UHGV virus genome: UHGV-0120148
Length of the DNA: 10,879 nucleotides
Origin: a virus
Reading direction: 5' to 3' (one strand)
Part shown: positions 1 to 8,683 of the stretch, in pieces
How the letters are laid out: each line of letters starts with the position of its first letter
Position numbering within the stretch: the first letter of the stretch is position 1
Position numbers and translations under genes: made by a program
The notes under the pieces: generated by a model
The model's database searches: none
Seen by the model: the letters and a program-made list of their open reading frames with translations, nothing else
Told to the model about the DNA's origin: nothing

Positions 1-1
1 T

Positions 2-529
2 GCTGATGGCGTGAAAATCGGAGTGAACAAGGTGGTTTCTCAGTGGATTAGCCAGGACAGCTTAACATTAGCTAAAACAGCTAATAAAACATTAGCCAAG
101 TCGGCTAATGGGTATAAGCCAAGTCAGCTAAACACAAAAGACAATATACAAAAGACAATAAATACAAATACCCCCTTACCCCCTAACGGGGGAGGCGATG
201 GGCAGGTTAAACCTGAACGTCGCAAGGCAGAACGCATCGACTACGAATCCTTCCTGAACGCCTACAACACCGAAGTCGGTGACAGACTTCCACACGCTGT
301 TGCGGTCAACGAGAAACGAAAACGCCGCCTGAAGAAAATCATCCCGCAACTGAAAACGCCAAACGTGGACGGTTTCAGAGCGTATGTCAGGGCGTTTGTG
401 CATCAGGCCAAGCCGTTTTACTTCGGAGACAACGACACGGGCTGGACGGCAGATTTTGATTACCTGCTGAGGGAAGATTCGTTAACGGGAGTTCGGGAAG
501 GGAAGTTTGCAGACAGGGGGATTGCATGA
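2..529 (+). CDS. Replication initiator (lambda O / P22 gene 18-like), C-terminal part; 5' end lies upstream of the window
   Basis: Frame is open from the window edge (ORF track starts at GTG 11). Ori-type iterons and an AT-rich tract sit inside the coding sequence, followed by a Pro/Gly/Thr linker and a conserved C-terminal domain. The stop overlaps the helicase start (ATGA at 526-529), as in the P22 gene 18/12 arrangement. Confidence 0.75.
   Translation, partial: ADGVKIGVNKVVSQWISQDSLTLAKTANKTLAKSANGYKPSQLNTKDNIQKTINTNTPLPPNGGGDGQVKPERRKAERIDYESFLNAYNTEVGDRLPHAVAVNEKRKRRLKKIIPQLKTPNVDGFRAYVRAFVHQAKPFYFGDNDTGWTADFDYLLREDSLTGVREGKFADRGIA
48..175. repeat. Phage origin of replication: four iterons (about 17-18 bp, dyad-symmetric TTAGCC...GCTAA) followed by an AT-rich tract
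   Basis: Direct repeats at about 48-65, 68-84, 92-108 and 115-131 (ttagccaggacagcttaa / ttagctaaaacagctaa / ttagccaagtcggctaa / taagccaagtcagctaa), spaced 20-24 bp apart, then an A-rich tract at 132-175. Same architecture as ori-lambda inside gene O, but a different iteron sequence. Confidence 0.6.
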
Positions 530-1902
530 AACAGGATATCGAAGCGAGCGTTATCGGTGGCCTGCTGATTGGTGGATTAACACCAATTGCCAGTGACGTT
601 CTGGCAACGCTTGAGCCGGAAGCGTTTTCAATACCGCTCTACCGGAAAGCCTTCGAGGTTATCCGCAAGCAGGCGCGAAACAGAAACCTAATCGACGCGC
701 TGATGGTTGCCGAGGCGTGCGGAGAGGAGCATTTCACGTCAATCCTGATGACCAGCAAAAACTGCCCGAGTTCCGCAAACCTGAAGGGATATGCCGGAAT
801 GGTCGCGGATAACTATCACCGCCGTCTGGTGCTGGAAATCATGGATGAAATGCGTGAACCAATTCAGAGCGGAACCATCGACGCATCGAGTCAGGCGATG
901 GATGAACTTGTAAAGCGTCTTTCAGCCATCAGAAAGCCCCGTGACGAGGTTAAACCTGTACGGTTAGGGGAAATCATAACTGACTACACTGACACGCTTG
1001 ACAGGCGTCTGAGGAACGGAGAAGAGTCCGATACCCTGAAGACCGGAATCGAAGAACTTGACGCTATCACCGGAGGGATGAACGCGGAAGACCTGGTGAT
1101 AATCGCCGCTCGTCCTGGTATGGGGAAAACCGAACTGGCGCTGAAGATTGCCGAAGGCGTTGCAAGCCGCGTTATTCCTGGTTCTGACGTCCGGCGCGGA
1201 GTGTTGATTTTTTCGATGGAAATGAGCGCATTGCAGATTGCAGAGCGGAGCATTGCCAACGCCGGGAGGATGTCGGTTAGCGTGCTGCGAAATCCTGCAT
1301 CGATGGATGACGAAGGCTGGGCGCGTGTTGCTAACGGCATGAGTCAGCTTGCAGATTTGGATGTATGGGTAGTCGATGCCTCGCGGTTATCGGTCGAAGA
1401 AATACGCTCAATCGCAGAACGGCACAAACAGGAAAATCCAAACCTGTCACTCATCATGGCGGATTATCTTGGCCTGATTGAGAAGCCGAAAGCAGACCGT
1501 AACGACCTCGCAATTGCTCACATCTCAGGAAGCCTGAAGGCGATGGCGAAAGACCTGAAAACGCCTGTTATCTCCCTGAGTCAGCTTTCGCGCGATGTTG
1601 AGAAGCGACCAAACAAACGCCCGACAAACGCAGATTTGCGTGATTCAGGAAGCATTGAACAGGACGCAGACTCAATCATCATGCTCTATCGGGAAGCGGT
1701 ATATGACGAGAACAGTAGCGCCGCGCCATTTGCTGAAATCATCGTGACGAAAAACCGTTTTGGCTCGCTTGGTACGGTTTACCAGCGATTCTGCAACGGA
1801 CACTTTGTTGCATGTGACCAAGACGAAGCCAGACAGATTTGCACAGCATCAAATGCACCTGCTGCGCGTGGCAGACGATATGCACAAGGGGCTGACGTAT
1901 GA
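526..1902 (+). CDS. DnaB-family replicative DNA helicase (P22 gene 12-like), 458 aa
   Basis: Walker A motif [14 protein letters not shown] and DnaB-like C-terminal ATPase region; 458 aa; start overlaps the upstream initiator stop; sits in the position of lambda P. Confidence 0.88.
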   Translation: MKQDIEASVIGGLLIGGLTPIASDVLATLEPEAFSIPLYRKAFEVIRKQARNRNLIDALMVAEACGEEHFTSILMTSKNCPSSANLKGYAGMVADNYHRRLVLEIMDEMREPIQSGTIDASSQAMDELVKRLSAIRKPRDEVKPVRLGEIITDYTDTLDRRLRNGEESDTLKTGIEELDAITGGMNAEDLVIIAARPGMGKTELALKIAEGVASRVIPGSDVRRGVLIFSMEMSALQIAERSIANAGRMSVSVLRNPASMDDEGWARVANGMSQLADLDVWVVDASRLSVEEIRSIAERHKQENPNLSLIMADYLGLIEKPKADRNDLAIAHISGSLKAMAKDLKTPVISLSQLSRDVEKRPNKRPTNADLRDSGSIEQDADSIIMLYREAVYDENSSAAPFAEIIVTKNRFGSLGTVYQRFCNGHFVACDQDEARQICTASNAPAARGRRYAQGADV

Positions 1903-1927
1903 CCATCTACATCACTGAGCTAATAAC

Positions 1928-1959
1928 AGGCCTGCTGGTAATCGCAGGCCTTTTTATTT
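1928..1959 (+). terminator. Rho-independent terminator, tR2-like
   Basis: Perfect 8-bp stem aggcctgc / gcaggcct with loop tggtaatc, followed by tttttattt, between the helicase stop and ninB as in lambda. Confidence 0.75.
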
Positions 1960-1975
1960 GGGGGAGAGGGAAGTC

Positions 1976-2416
1976 ATGAAAAAACTAACCTTTGAAATTC
2001 GATCTCCAGCACATCAGCAAAACGCTATTCACGCAGTACAGCAAATTCTTCCAGACCCAACCAAACCAATCGTAGTAACCATTCAGGAACGCAACCGCAG
2101 CTTAGACCAAAACAGGAAGCTATGGGCCTGCTTAGGTGACGTCTCTCGTCAGGTTGAATGGCATGGTCGCTGGCTGGATGCAGAAAGCTGGAAGTGTGTG
2201 TTTACCGCAGCATTAAAGCAGCAGGATGTTGTTCCTAACCTTGCCGGGAATGGCTTTGTGGTAATAGGCCAGTCAACCAGCAGGATGCGTGTAAGCGAAT
2301 TTGCGGAGCTATTAGAGCTTATACAGGCATTCGGTACAGAGCGTGGCGTTAAGTGGTCGGACGAAGCGCGACTGGCTCTCGAATGGAAAGCGCGATGGGG
2401 AGACAGGGCGGCATGA
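1976..2416 (+). CDS. ninB: NinB recombination protein (146 aa)
   Basis: Protein [28 protein letters not shown]... matches lambda NinB from recall. RBS gggagaggg lies 6 nt upstream of ATG 1976; the ORF-track start at 1958 is a TTG upstream extension. Confidence 0.9.
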   Translation: MKKLTFEIRSPAHQQNAIHAVQQILPDPTKPIVVTIQERNRSLDQNRKLWACLGDVSRQVEWHGRWLDAESWKCVFTAALKQQDVVPNLAGNGFVVIGQSTSRMRVSEFAELLELIQAFGTERGVKWSDEARLALEWKARWGDRAA

Positions 2417-2589
2417 GACGACAGCGACGAAGTATCACCGACATCATCTGCGAAAACTGCAAATACCTTCCAACGAAACGCTCCAGAAATAAACCCAAGC
2501 CAATCCCAAAAGAATCTGACGTAAAAACCTTCAATTACACGGCTCACCTGTGGGATATCCGGTGGCTAAGACATCGTGCGAGGAAATAA
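2413..2589 (+). CDS. ninE: NinE-family small basic protein (58 aa)
   Basis: [58 protein letters not shown]; resembles nin-region NinE proteins (K-RKP...YTA-L-D--WLR motif, from recall of DLP12 NinE). ATG overlaps the ninB stop (ATGA). Assignment as NinE rather than NinD is from recall and not certain. Confidence 0.6.
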   Translation: MRRQRRSITDIICENCKYLPTKRSRNKPKPIPKESDVKTFNYTAHLWDIRWLRHRARK

Positions 2590-2591
2590 CA

Positions 2592-2993
2592 ATGCTTTTA
2601 ATTCAACCTGGATTTGGCCTTAGCATCAAAAAAGGGCACATGTTTGGCGAGAAAGAGTCTCAACGAAAAATGGTGTCGATACAGTTGCCATTTATCAGTA
2701 TTTATTGGCTAAACAGGGAGGCAACAAATTATTGGTATACATGCGCCAGAGCAGCATTTAACGACCCTGACTGGTTTGTGAAAAACCACCACGCAGTTCG
2801 TCAGGCAAAGAGAAAGGCCAATACGACATACATGAAGGCGTATCGAAAAGCATGGAAAGAACACCGCGATCGATACCAACAAGACATGGAAAAGCTTGAA
2901 TCAGAAAACATGGAATTAAGACGAAAGCTTGGTGAAGCAAAACGAGACATTGATGCTTACAAGCGACTTTTTAATGGTGAAAGCCATGCTTAG
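2592..2993 (+). CDS. Hypothetical nin-region protein (133 aa), basic with C-terminal coiled-coil; not part of the lambda nin set
   Basis: ORF in the position P22 occupies with ninX (between ninE and ninF). RBS gagga precedes ATG 2592; the ORF-track start at 2550 lies inside ninE and is rejected. AT-richer 5' half; C-terminus KRKANTTYMKAYRKAWKEHRDRYQQDMEKLESENMELRRKLGEAKRDIDAYKRLF looks like a basic region plus heptad repeat. Start could also be a downstream Met. Confidence 0.5.
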   Translation: MLLIQPGFGLSIKKGHMFGEKESQRKMVSIQLPFISIYWLNREATNYWYTCARAAFNDPDWFVKNHHAVRQAKRKANTTYMKAYRKAWKEHRDRYQQDMEKLESENMELRRKLGEAKRDIDAYKRLFNGESHA

Positions 2994-3162
2994 TCCATCC
3001 CAATCCCTTCAATACCAGAAAGAAAGCGTCGAGCGGGCTTTAACGTGCGCTAACTGCGGTCAGAAGCTGCATGTGCTGGAAGTTCACGTGTGCTCCGATT
3101 GCTGCGCAGAACTGATGAGCGATCCGAATAGCTCAATGTACGAGGAAGAAGACGATGGCTAA
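2986..3162 (+). CDS. ninF: NinF (58 aa, Cys-rich)
   Basis: [58 protein letters not shown] matches lambda NinF from recall; start overlaps the upstream ORF by 8 nt. Confidence 0.85.
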   Translation: MLSPSQSLQYQKESVERALTCANCGQKLHVLEVHVCSDCCAELMSDPNSSMYEEEDDG

Positions 3163-3763
3163 ACCAGCGCGAAGACGATGTAAAAACGAAGAATGTCGGG
3201 AATGGTTTCACCCTGCATTCGCCAATCAGTGGTGGTGCTCTCCAGAGTGTGGAACCAAGATAGCACTCGAACGACGAAGCAAAGAACGCGAAAAAGCGGA
3301 AAAGGCAGCAGAGAAGAAACGACGAGAGGAGCAGAAACAGAAAGATAAACTTAAGATTCGAAAACTCGCCTTAAAGCCCCGCAGTTACTGGATTAAACAA
3401 GCCCAACAAGCCGTAAACGCCTTCATCAGAGAAAGAGACCGCGACTTACCATGTATCTCGTGCGGAACGCTCACGTCTGCTCAGTGGGATGCCGGACATT
3501 ACCGGACAACTGCTGCGGCACCTCAACTCCGATTTGATGAACGCAATATTCACAAGCAATGCGTGGTGTGCAACCAGCACAAAAGCGGAAATCTCGTTCC
3601 GTATCGCGTCGAACTGATTAATCGCATCGGGCAGGAAGCAGTAGACGAAATCGAATCAAACCATAACCGCCATCGCTGGACTGTCGAAGAGTGCAGGGCC
3701 ATCAAGGCGGAGTATCAGCAGAAACTCAAAGACCTGCGAAACAGCAGAAGTGAGGCCGCATGA
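3155..3763 (+). CDS. ninG: NinG / Rap recombination-associated protein (202 aa)
   Basis: Near-identical to lambda NinG from recall ([22 protein letters not shown]..., Cys clusters); ATG overlaps the ninF stop. Confidence 0.9.
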   Translation: MAKPARRRCKNEECREWFHPAFANQWWCSPECGTKIALERRSKEREKAEKAAEKKRREEQKQKDKLKIRKLALKPRSYWIKQAQQAVNAFIRERDRDLPCISCGTLTSAQWDAGHYRTTAAAPQLRFDERNIHKQCVVCNQHKSGNLVPYRVELINRIGQEAVDEIESNHNRHRWTVEECRAIKAEYQQKLKDLRNSRSEAA

Positions 3764-3966
3764 CGTTCTCAGTAAAAACCATTCCAGACATGCTCGTTGA
3801 AGCATACGGAAACCAGACAGAAGTAGCACGCAGACTGAAATGTAGTCGCGGTACGGTCAGAAAATACGTTGATGATAAAGACGGGAAAATGCACGCCATC
3901 GTCAACGACGTTCTCATGGTTCATCGCGGATGGAGTGAAAGAGATGCGCTATTACGAAAGAATTGA
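3760..3966 (+). CDS. ninH: NinH (68 aa, HTH DNA-binding)
   Basis: [37 protein letters not shown]... matches lambda NinH from recall; ATGA overlap with the ninG stop. Confidence 0.9.
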   Translation: MTFSVKTIPDMLVEAYGNQTEVARRLKCSRGTVRKYVDDKDGKMHAIVNDVLMVHRGWSERDALLRKN

Positions 3967-4609
3967 TGGCAGCAAATACCGAAATATTTGGGTAGCTGGC
4001 GATCTGCACGGATGCTACACGAACCTGATGAACAAACTGGATACGATTGGATTCGACAACAAAAAAGACCTGCTTATCTCGGTGGGCGATTTGGTTGATC
4101 GTGGTGCAGAGAACGTTGAATGCCTGGAATTAATCACATTCCCCTGGTTCAGAGCTGTACGTGGAAACCATGAGCAAATGATGATTGATGGCTTATCAGA
4201 GCGTGGAAACGTTAATCACTGGCTGCTTAATGGCGGTGGCTGGTTCTTTAATCTCGATTACGACAAAGAAATTCTGGCTAAAGCTCTTGCCCATAAAGCA
4301 GATGAACTTCCGTTAATCATCGAACTGGTGAGCAAAGATAAAAAATATGTCATCTGCCACGCCGATTATCCTTGTGACGAATACGAGTTTGGAAAGCCAG
4401 TTGATCATCAGCAGGTAATCTGGAACCGCGAACGAATCAGCAACTCACAAAACGGGATCGTGAAAGAAATCAAAGGCGCGGACACGTTCATCTTTGGTCA
4501 TACGCCAGCAGTGAAACCACTCAAGTTTGCCAACCAAATGTATATCGATACCGGCGCAGTGTTCTGCGGAAACCTAACATTGATTCAGGTACAGGGAGAA
4601 GGCGCATGA
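3944..4609 (+). CDS. ninI: NinI Ser/Thr protein phosphatase (221 aa)
   Basis: Metallophosphatase motifs GDLHG, GDLVDRG and GNHE; matches lambda NinI starting at [12 protein letters not shown] 3944 has RBS ggagtgaaagag; the ORF-track start at 3869 is an upstream extension overlapping ninH. Confidence 0.9.
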   Translation: MRYYERIDGSKYRNIWVAGDLHGCYTNLMNKLDTIGFDNKKDLLISVGDLVDRGAENVECLELITFPWFRAVRGNHEQMMIDGLSERGNVNHWLLNGGGWFFNLDYDKEILAKALAHKADELPLIIELVSKDKKYVICHADYPCDEYEFGKPVDHQQVIWNRERISNSQNGIVKEIKGADTFIFGHTPAVKPLKFANQMYIDTGAVFCGNLTLIQVQGEGA

Positions 4610-5229
4610 GACTCGAAAGCGTAGCTAAATTTCATTCGCCAAAAAGCCCGATGATGAGCGACTCACCACGGGCCACGGCTTCTGACTCTCTTTCCGGTAC
4701 TGATGTGATGGCTGCTATGGGGATGGCACAATCACAAGCCGGATTCGGGATGGCTGCATTTTGCGGTAAGCACGAACTCAGCCAGAACGACAAACAAAAG
4801 GCTATCAACTATCTGATGCAATTTGCACACAAGGTATCGGGGAAATACCGTGGTGTGGCAAAGCTCGAAGGAAATACTAAGGCAAAGGTACTGCAAGTGC
4901 TCGCAACATTCGCTTATGCGGATTATTGCCGTAGTGCCGCGACGCCGGGCGCAAGATGCAGAGATTGCCACGGTACAGGTCGTGCGGTTGATATAGCAAA
5001 AACAGAGCAGTGGGGGAGAGTTGTCGAGAAAGAGTGCGGAAGATGCAAAGGCGTCGGCTATTCAAGAATGCCAGCAAGCGCTGCATATCGCGCTGTAACG
5101 ATGCTAATCCCAAACCTTACTCAACCCACCTGGTCACGCACTGTTAAGCCGCTGTATGACGCTCTGGTGGTGCAATGCCACAAAGAAGAGTCAATCGCAG
5201 ACAACATTTTGAATGCGGTCACACGTTAG
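4606..5229 (+). CDS. Q: Late-gene antiterminator Q (207 aa)
   Basis: Essentially lambda Q ([31 protein letters not shown]..., zinc-binding CRDCHGTG...CGRCKGVG); ATGA overlap with the ninI stop. Confidence 0.93.
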   Translation: MRLESVAKFHSPKSPMMSDSPRATASDSLSGTDVMAAMGMAQSQAGFGMAAFCGKHELSQNDKQKAINYLMQFAHKVSGKYRGVAKLEGNTKAKVLQVLATFAYADYCRSAATPGARCRDCHGTGRAVDIAKTEQWGRVVEKECGRCKGVGYSRMPASAAYRAVTMLIPNLTQPTWSRTVKPLYDALVVQCHKEESIADNILNAVTR

Positions 5230-5272
5230 CAGCATGATTGCCACGGATGGCAACATATTAACGGCATGATAT

Positions 5273-5301
5273 TGACTTTTTGAATAAAGTTGGGTAAATT
5301 T
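5273..5301 (+). promoter_or_regulatory. Late promoter PR' (-35 TTGACT, 17-bp spacer, -10 TAAATT), with the qut region immediately downstream
   Basis: ttgactttttgaataaagttgggtaaatt matches the lambda PR' region from recall; sits just downstream of Q. Confidence 0.7.
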
Positions 5302-5442
5302 GACCAAACGATGGGTTAATTCGCTCGTTGTGGTAGTGAGATGAAAAGAGGCGGCGCTTACTACCGATTCCGCCTAGTTGGTCACTTCGACGTATCGTCT
5401 GGAACTCCAACCATCGCAGGCTGAGAGGTCTGCAAATGCAAT

Positions 5443-5502
5443 CCCGAAACAGTTCGCAGGTAATAGTTAGAGCCTGCGCAACGGTTTCTGGATTTTTTAT
5501 TT
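5443..5502 (+). terminator. tR' terminator (3' end of the 6S late leader RNA)
   Basis: Long imperfect hairpin cccgaaacagttcgcagg...cctgcgcaacggtttctgg followed by attttttattt, about 190 nt downstream of the PR' start, as in lambda. Confidence 0.7.
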
Positions 5503-5574
5503 GGGTCAGTCGTATAAAGGTCATTACGGAAGGCTGTTAACCTTCTTATCGTGGTTCGAGTCCACGCTGCCCCC
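5503..5574 (+). tRNA. tRNA-like gene, anticodon GTT (Asn) by hand fold; atypical (one acceptor-stem mismatch, no encoded CCA); possibly a pseudo-tRNA
   Basis: Hand fold: acceptor gggtcag/ctgcccc (6 of 7 pairs), D-loop with GG, anticodon stem gaagg/ccttc with loop ctGTTaa, T-stem cgtgg/ccacg with T-loop ttcgagt (TTCRANY consensus). Confidence 0.4.
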
Positions 5575-5583
5575 TCCAAATAT

Positions 5584-5659
5584 GCTGGTTTAGCTCCAAT
5601 GGTAGAGCAGTCGCCTTGTAAGCGAATGGGTAGCGGTTCAAGTCCGTTAACCAGCACCA
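5584..5659 (+). tRNA. tRNA, anticodon TGT (Thr) by hand fold, with encoded CCA
   Basis: Perfect 7-bp acceptor stem gctggtt/aaccagc, D-arm gctc-caatggta-gagc, anticodon loop ctTGTaa, T-stem agcgg/ccgtt with T-loop ttcaagt, discriminator A plus CCA. Confidence 0.6.
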
Positions 5660-5777
5660 TTACTGAGCCGTAGCCACTGGCTATTCTGAATTCATCAGTG
5701 ATAGTTATGCTGCGGCCTTCTTTTTTCCCCTTCCCAATATAAGAACTACGCAATCCGTTACTGGCGGAGGCGTTGCT

Positions 5778-5993
5778 ATGAAATCAATGGACAAAATCTC
5801 AACTGGCATTGCCTACGGAACATCCGCTGGTAGTGCGGGATACTGGTTTTTACAGTGGTTGGATCAGGTCAGTCCATCACAGTGGGCTGCGATTGGGGTG
5901 CTTGGAAGCCTTGTGTTGGGTTTTCTCACCTATCTGACAAATCTGTACTTCAAAATCAGAGAAGACAGAAGAAAGGCTGCGAGAGGTGAATAA
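5778..5993 (+). CDS. S: Holin S, phage-21-type pinholin (71 aa) with dual-start motif
   Basis: [71 protein letters not shown] matches S21 from recall; Met1 and Met4 give the antiholin/holin dual start; two TMDs; RBS ggagg. Confidence 0.88.
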   Translation: MKSMDKISTGIAYGTSAGSAGYWFLQWLDQVSPSQWAAIGVLGSLVLGFLTYLTNLYFKIREDRRKAARGE

Positions 5994-6490
5994 TGCCTCC
6001 ATCATTACGAAAAGCCGTTGCTGCGGCTATTGGTGGCGGGGCTATTGCTATAGCATCTGTGTTAATCACTGGCCCAAGTGGTAACGATGGTCTGGAAGGT
6101 GTGAGACATAATCCTTACAAAGACATAGTTGGTGTATGGACTGTATGTTACGGGCATACAGGAAAAGACATCATTCCCGGTAAAACGTATACCGAAGCAG
6201 AGTGCAAAGCCCTCCTGAATAAAGACCTTGCCACTGTCGCCAGACAAATTAACCCGTACATCAAAGTCGATATACCGGAAACAACGCGCGGCGCTCTTTA
6301 CTCGTTCGTCTACAACGTGGGTGCTGGCAATTTCAGAACATCGACGCTTCTTCGCAAAATCAACCAGGGCGATATCAAAGGCGCATGTGACCAGCTACGT
6401 CGCTGGACATACGCTGGCGGTAAGCAATGGAAAGGGCTGATGACTCGCCGTGAGATTGAGCGTGAAGTCTGTTTGTGGGGGCAACAATGA
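5993..6490 (+). CDS. R: SAR endolysin R (phage-21-type lysozyme, 165 aa)
   Basis: N-terminal Gly/Ala-rich signal-anchor-release domain [20 protein letters not shown] followed by a T4-lysozyme-like catalytic region; start overlaps the S stop (TAATG). Confidence 0.88.
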   Translation: MPPSLRKAVAAAIGGGAIAIASVLITGPSGNDGLEGVRHNPYKDIVGVWTVCYGHTGKDIIPGKTYTEAECKALLNKDLATVARQINPYIKVDIPETTRGALYSFVYNVGAGNFRTSTLLRKINQGDIKGACDQLRRWTYAGGKQWKGLMTRREIEREVCLWGQQ

Positions 6491-6951
6491 GCAGGGTAAC
6501 CGCGATTATCTCCGCTCTGGTTATCTGCATCATCGTCTGCCTGTCATGGGCTGTTAATCATTACCGTGATAACGCCATTACCTACAAAGCCCAGCGCGAC
6601 AAAAATGCCAGAGAACTGAAGCTGGCGAACGCGGCAATTACTGACATGCAGATGCGTCAGCGTGATGTTGCTGCGCTCGATGCAAAATACACGAAGGAGT
6701 TAGCTGATGCGAAAGCTGAAAATGATGCTCTGCGTGATGATGTTGCCGCTGGTCGTCGTCGGTTGCACATCAAAGCAGTCTGTCAGTCAGTGCGTGAAGC
6801 CACCACCGCCTCCGGCGTGGATAATGCAGCCTCCCCCCGACTGGCAGACACCGCTGAACGGGATTATTTCACCCTCCGGGAACGACTGGTAATGATGCAG
6901 GCCCAACTTGAAGGTGCTCAGCAATACATAACCGAGCAGTGTTTAAAGTAA
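6487..6951 (+). CDS. Rz: Rz i-spanin (154 aa)
   Basis: N-terminal TMD followed by a coiled-coil periplasmic domain; ATG 6487 overlaps the R stop (ATGA). The ORF-track start at 6475 is an upstream extension. Confidence 0.85.
   Translation: MSRVTAIISALVICIIVCLSWAVNHYRDNAITYKAQRDKNARELKLANAAITDMQMRQRDVAALDAKYTKELADAKAENDALRDDVAAGRRRLHIKAVCQSVREATTASGVDNAASPRLADTAERDYFTLRERLVMMQAQLEGAQQYITEQCLK
6707..6892 (+). CDS. Rz1: Rz1 o-spanin lipoprotein (61 aa), embedded in Rz in the +1 frame
   Basis: Lipoprotein signal with lipobox LVVVGC, proline-rich mature part ([15 protein letters not shown]), entirely inside Rz. Confidence 0.8.
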   Translation: MRKLKMMLCVMMLPLVVVGCTSKQSVSQCVKPPPPPAWIMQPPPDWQTPLNGIISPSGNDW

Positions 6952-7088
6952 AATCTTAACTACAATATGATTCATTTTGATGATTGTTTCATAAGGAACA
7001 GTGAAGTAAGATCTAAGAGGAGTTAAATTTTATACAGTATAATCATAATATTGCAGCAAGGTGGTTATAATTGAAAGAATATTTAGAT

Positions 7089-8546
7089 ATGAATACATCT
7101 CATGTAAGAGTTGTTACTCATATGTGTGGGTTCCTGGTTTGGCTCTATAGTCTTTCAATGTTGCCACCAATGGTTGTAGCATTGTTTTATAAAGAAAAAA
7201 GCCTGTTCGTTTTCTTTATAACTTTCGTTATATTTTTTTGCATTGGTGGCGGAGCGTGGTATACAACTAAGAAATCTGGCATTCAATTACGTACCCGTGA
7301 TGGGTTTATTATAATTGTAATGTTTTGGATTTTGTTTTCTGTTATTAGTGCATTCCCTTTATGGATTGACTCAGAACTTAATTTAACGTTCATTGATGCT
7401 CTGTTTGAAGGGGTTTCTGGAATAACAACAACAGGAGCAACTGTAATTGATGATGTTAGTTCATTACCTCGGGCATATTTGTACTATCGGTCACAGTTAA
7501 ATTTTATAGGTGGTTTAGGAGTTATTGTTCTGGCGGTTGCTGTATTGCCATTATTGGGTATTGGTGGTACAAAGCTTTATCAGTCAGAAATGCCGGGGCC
7601 ATTTAAGGATGACAAACTCACTCCCCGCCTGGCCGATACGTCACGGACACTGTGGATAACTTATTCTTTATTAGGTATTGCTTGTATTGTCTGTTATAGA
7701 CTTGCAGGAATGCCTTTGTTTGATGCTATTTGTCACGGGATTTCCACAGTTTCGCTTGGTGGTTTCTCAACTCATAGCGAGAGTATCGGATATTTTAATA
7801 ACTATTTGGTTGAGCTGGTGGCTGGTTCTTTTTCCCTGCTATCGGCTTTCAACTTCACTCTTTGGTATATTGTTATTAGCAGGAAAACGATAAAACCTTT
7901 AATCAGAGATATTGAACTTCGTTTCTTTCTGTTAATAGCCTTAGGGGTGATCATTGTTACCTCTTTCCAGGTCTGGCATATAGGTATGTATGACTTGCAT
8001 GGAAGTTTTATTCATTCGTTTTTTCTTGCCAGCTCCATGCTCACTGATAATGGTTTAGCTACGCAGGATTATGCAAACTGGCCCACGCACACGATAGTGT
8101 TTTTGCTGTCGTCAAGTTTCTTTGGGGGATGTATAGGTTCAACTTGTGGTGGAATTAAGTCACTTCGATTTCTTATACTTTTCAAACAAAGCAAACACGA
8201 GATAAATCAGCTTTCTCATCCCAGAGCGTTGTTGAGTGTAAATGTAGGAGGGAAGATAGTTACAGATCGTGTAATGAGGTCTGTATGGAGTTTCTTTTTT
8301 CTTTATACTCTCTTCACGGTGTTTTTTATACTGGTGTTAAATGGTATGGGATATGATTTTCTTACATCATTTGCAACAGTGGCTGCATGTATTAATAATA
8401 TGGGATTAGGTTTTGGGGCTACTGCATCGTCATTCGGAGTGCTTAATGACATTGCAAAATATTTAATGTGCATAGCTATGATTCTTGGTCGCCTTGAAAT
8501 TTATCCTGTTATTATATTGTTTTCAGGTTTTTTTTGGCGCTCCTAA
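7089..8546 (+). CDS. trkG: TrkG/TrkH-family potassium uptake membrane protein (485 aa); prophage moron
   Basis: Polytopic membrane protein matching E. coli Rac-prophage TrkG from MNTSHVRVVTHMCGFLV... Strongly AT-rich relative to the flanking phage genes. An alternative TTG start at 7071 (6 codons upstream) has a better-placed RBS (aaggtgg). Confidence 0.88.
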   Translation: MNTSHVRVVTHMCGFLVWLYSLSMLPPMVVALFYKEKSLFVFFITFVIFFCIGGGAWYTTKKSGIQLRTRDGFIIIVMFWILFSVISAFPLWIDSELNLTFIDALFEGVSGITTTGATVIDDVSSLPRAYLYYRSQLNFIGGLGVIVLAVAVLPLLGIGGTKLYQSEMPGPFKDDKLTPRLADTSRTLWITYSLLGIACIVCYRLAGMPLFDAICHGISTVSLGGFSTHSESIGYFNNYLVELVAGSFSLLSAFNFTLWYIVISRKTIKPLIRDIELRFFLLIALGVIIVTSFQVWHIGMYDLHGSFIHSFFLASSMLTDNGLATQDYANWPTHTIVFLLSSSFFGGCIGSTCGGIKSLRFLILFKQSKHEINQLSHPRALLSVNVGGKIVTDRVMRSVWSFFFLYTLFTVFFILVLNGMGYDFLTSFATVAACINNMGLGFGATASSFGVLNDIAKYLMCIAMILGRLEIYPVIILFSGFFWRS

Positions 8547-8632
8547 TATATGGCTGATTTATAATTGTGAGTTTAATATTATATTGACTCACTCATTGAT
8601 CCAATACCTAACTTTACCAGCAACACCTCCGC

Positions 8633-8664
8633 CCCCAGTAGCACTGGCTGCTGGGGTGCGTTTT
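8633..8664 (+). terminator. Possible intrinsic terminator downstream of trkG
   Basis: 10-bp stem ccccagtagc / gctgctgggg (one G-U pair) with loop actg, followed by tgcgttttatt; the T-run is offset 4 nt from the stem, so this is weak. Confidence 0.3.
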
Positions 8665-8683
8665 ATTCATAAAGCAAGGCTGT

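Noticed and set aside
984-1340. 118-aa minus-strand ORF inside the helicase gene
   Set aside because: Entirely antisense to a well-supported conserved CDS, with no RBS or recognisable features; a shadow ORF.
2149-2547. 132-aa and 61-aa minus-strand ORFs across ninB and ninE
   Set aside because: Antisense to near-lambda-identical genes; low-complexity Ser/Arg-rich translation typical of shadow frames.
2550-2591. ORF-track start at 2550 for the 147-aa ORF
   Set aside because: This start lies inside ninE; ATG 2592 directly follows the ninE stop and has a gagga RBS, so the shorter 133-aa version is preferred.
4732-5113. Two minus-strand ORFs (79 and 78 aa) inside Q
   Set aside because: Antisense to the highly conserved Q gene; no supporting signals.
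5258-5753. Minus-strand ORFs of 88 and 123 aa spanning the PR'-tR'-tRNA region
   Set aside because: They overlap the late promoter, terminator hairpin and tRNA folds; this is structured non-coding RNA sequence, not coding.
5660-5777. Possibility of stx or another toxin moron between the tRNAs and the holin, as in Stx phages
   Set aside because: Only about 118 bp of non-coding sequence separates the tRNA from the S gene RBS; there is no room for a cargo gene.
6062-6440. ORFs 6062-6247 (minus) and 6228-6440 (plus) inside the endolysin gene
   Set aside because: Both are embedded in the SAR endolysin frame without independent signals. Unlike Rz1 in Rz, no known embedded gene exists here and the translations are featureless.
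7678-7893. 71-aa plus-strand ORF inside trkG in another frame
   Set aside because: Out-of-frame overlap with a conserved transporter gene; the hydrophobic translation is an artefact of the AT-rich membrane-protein codons.
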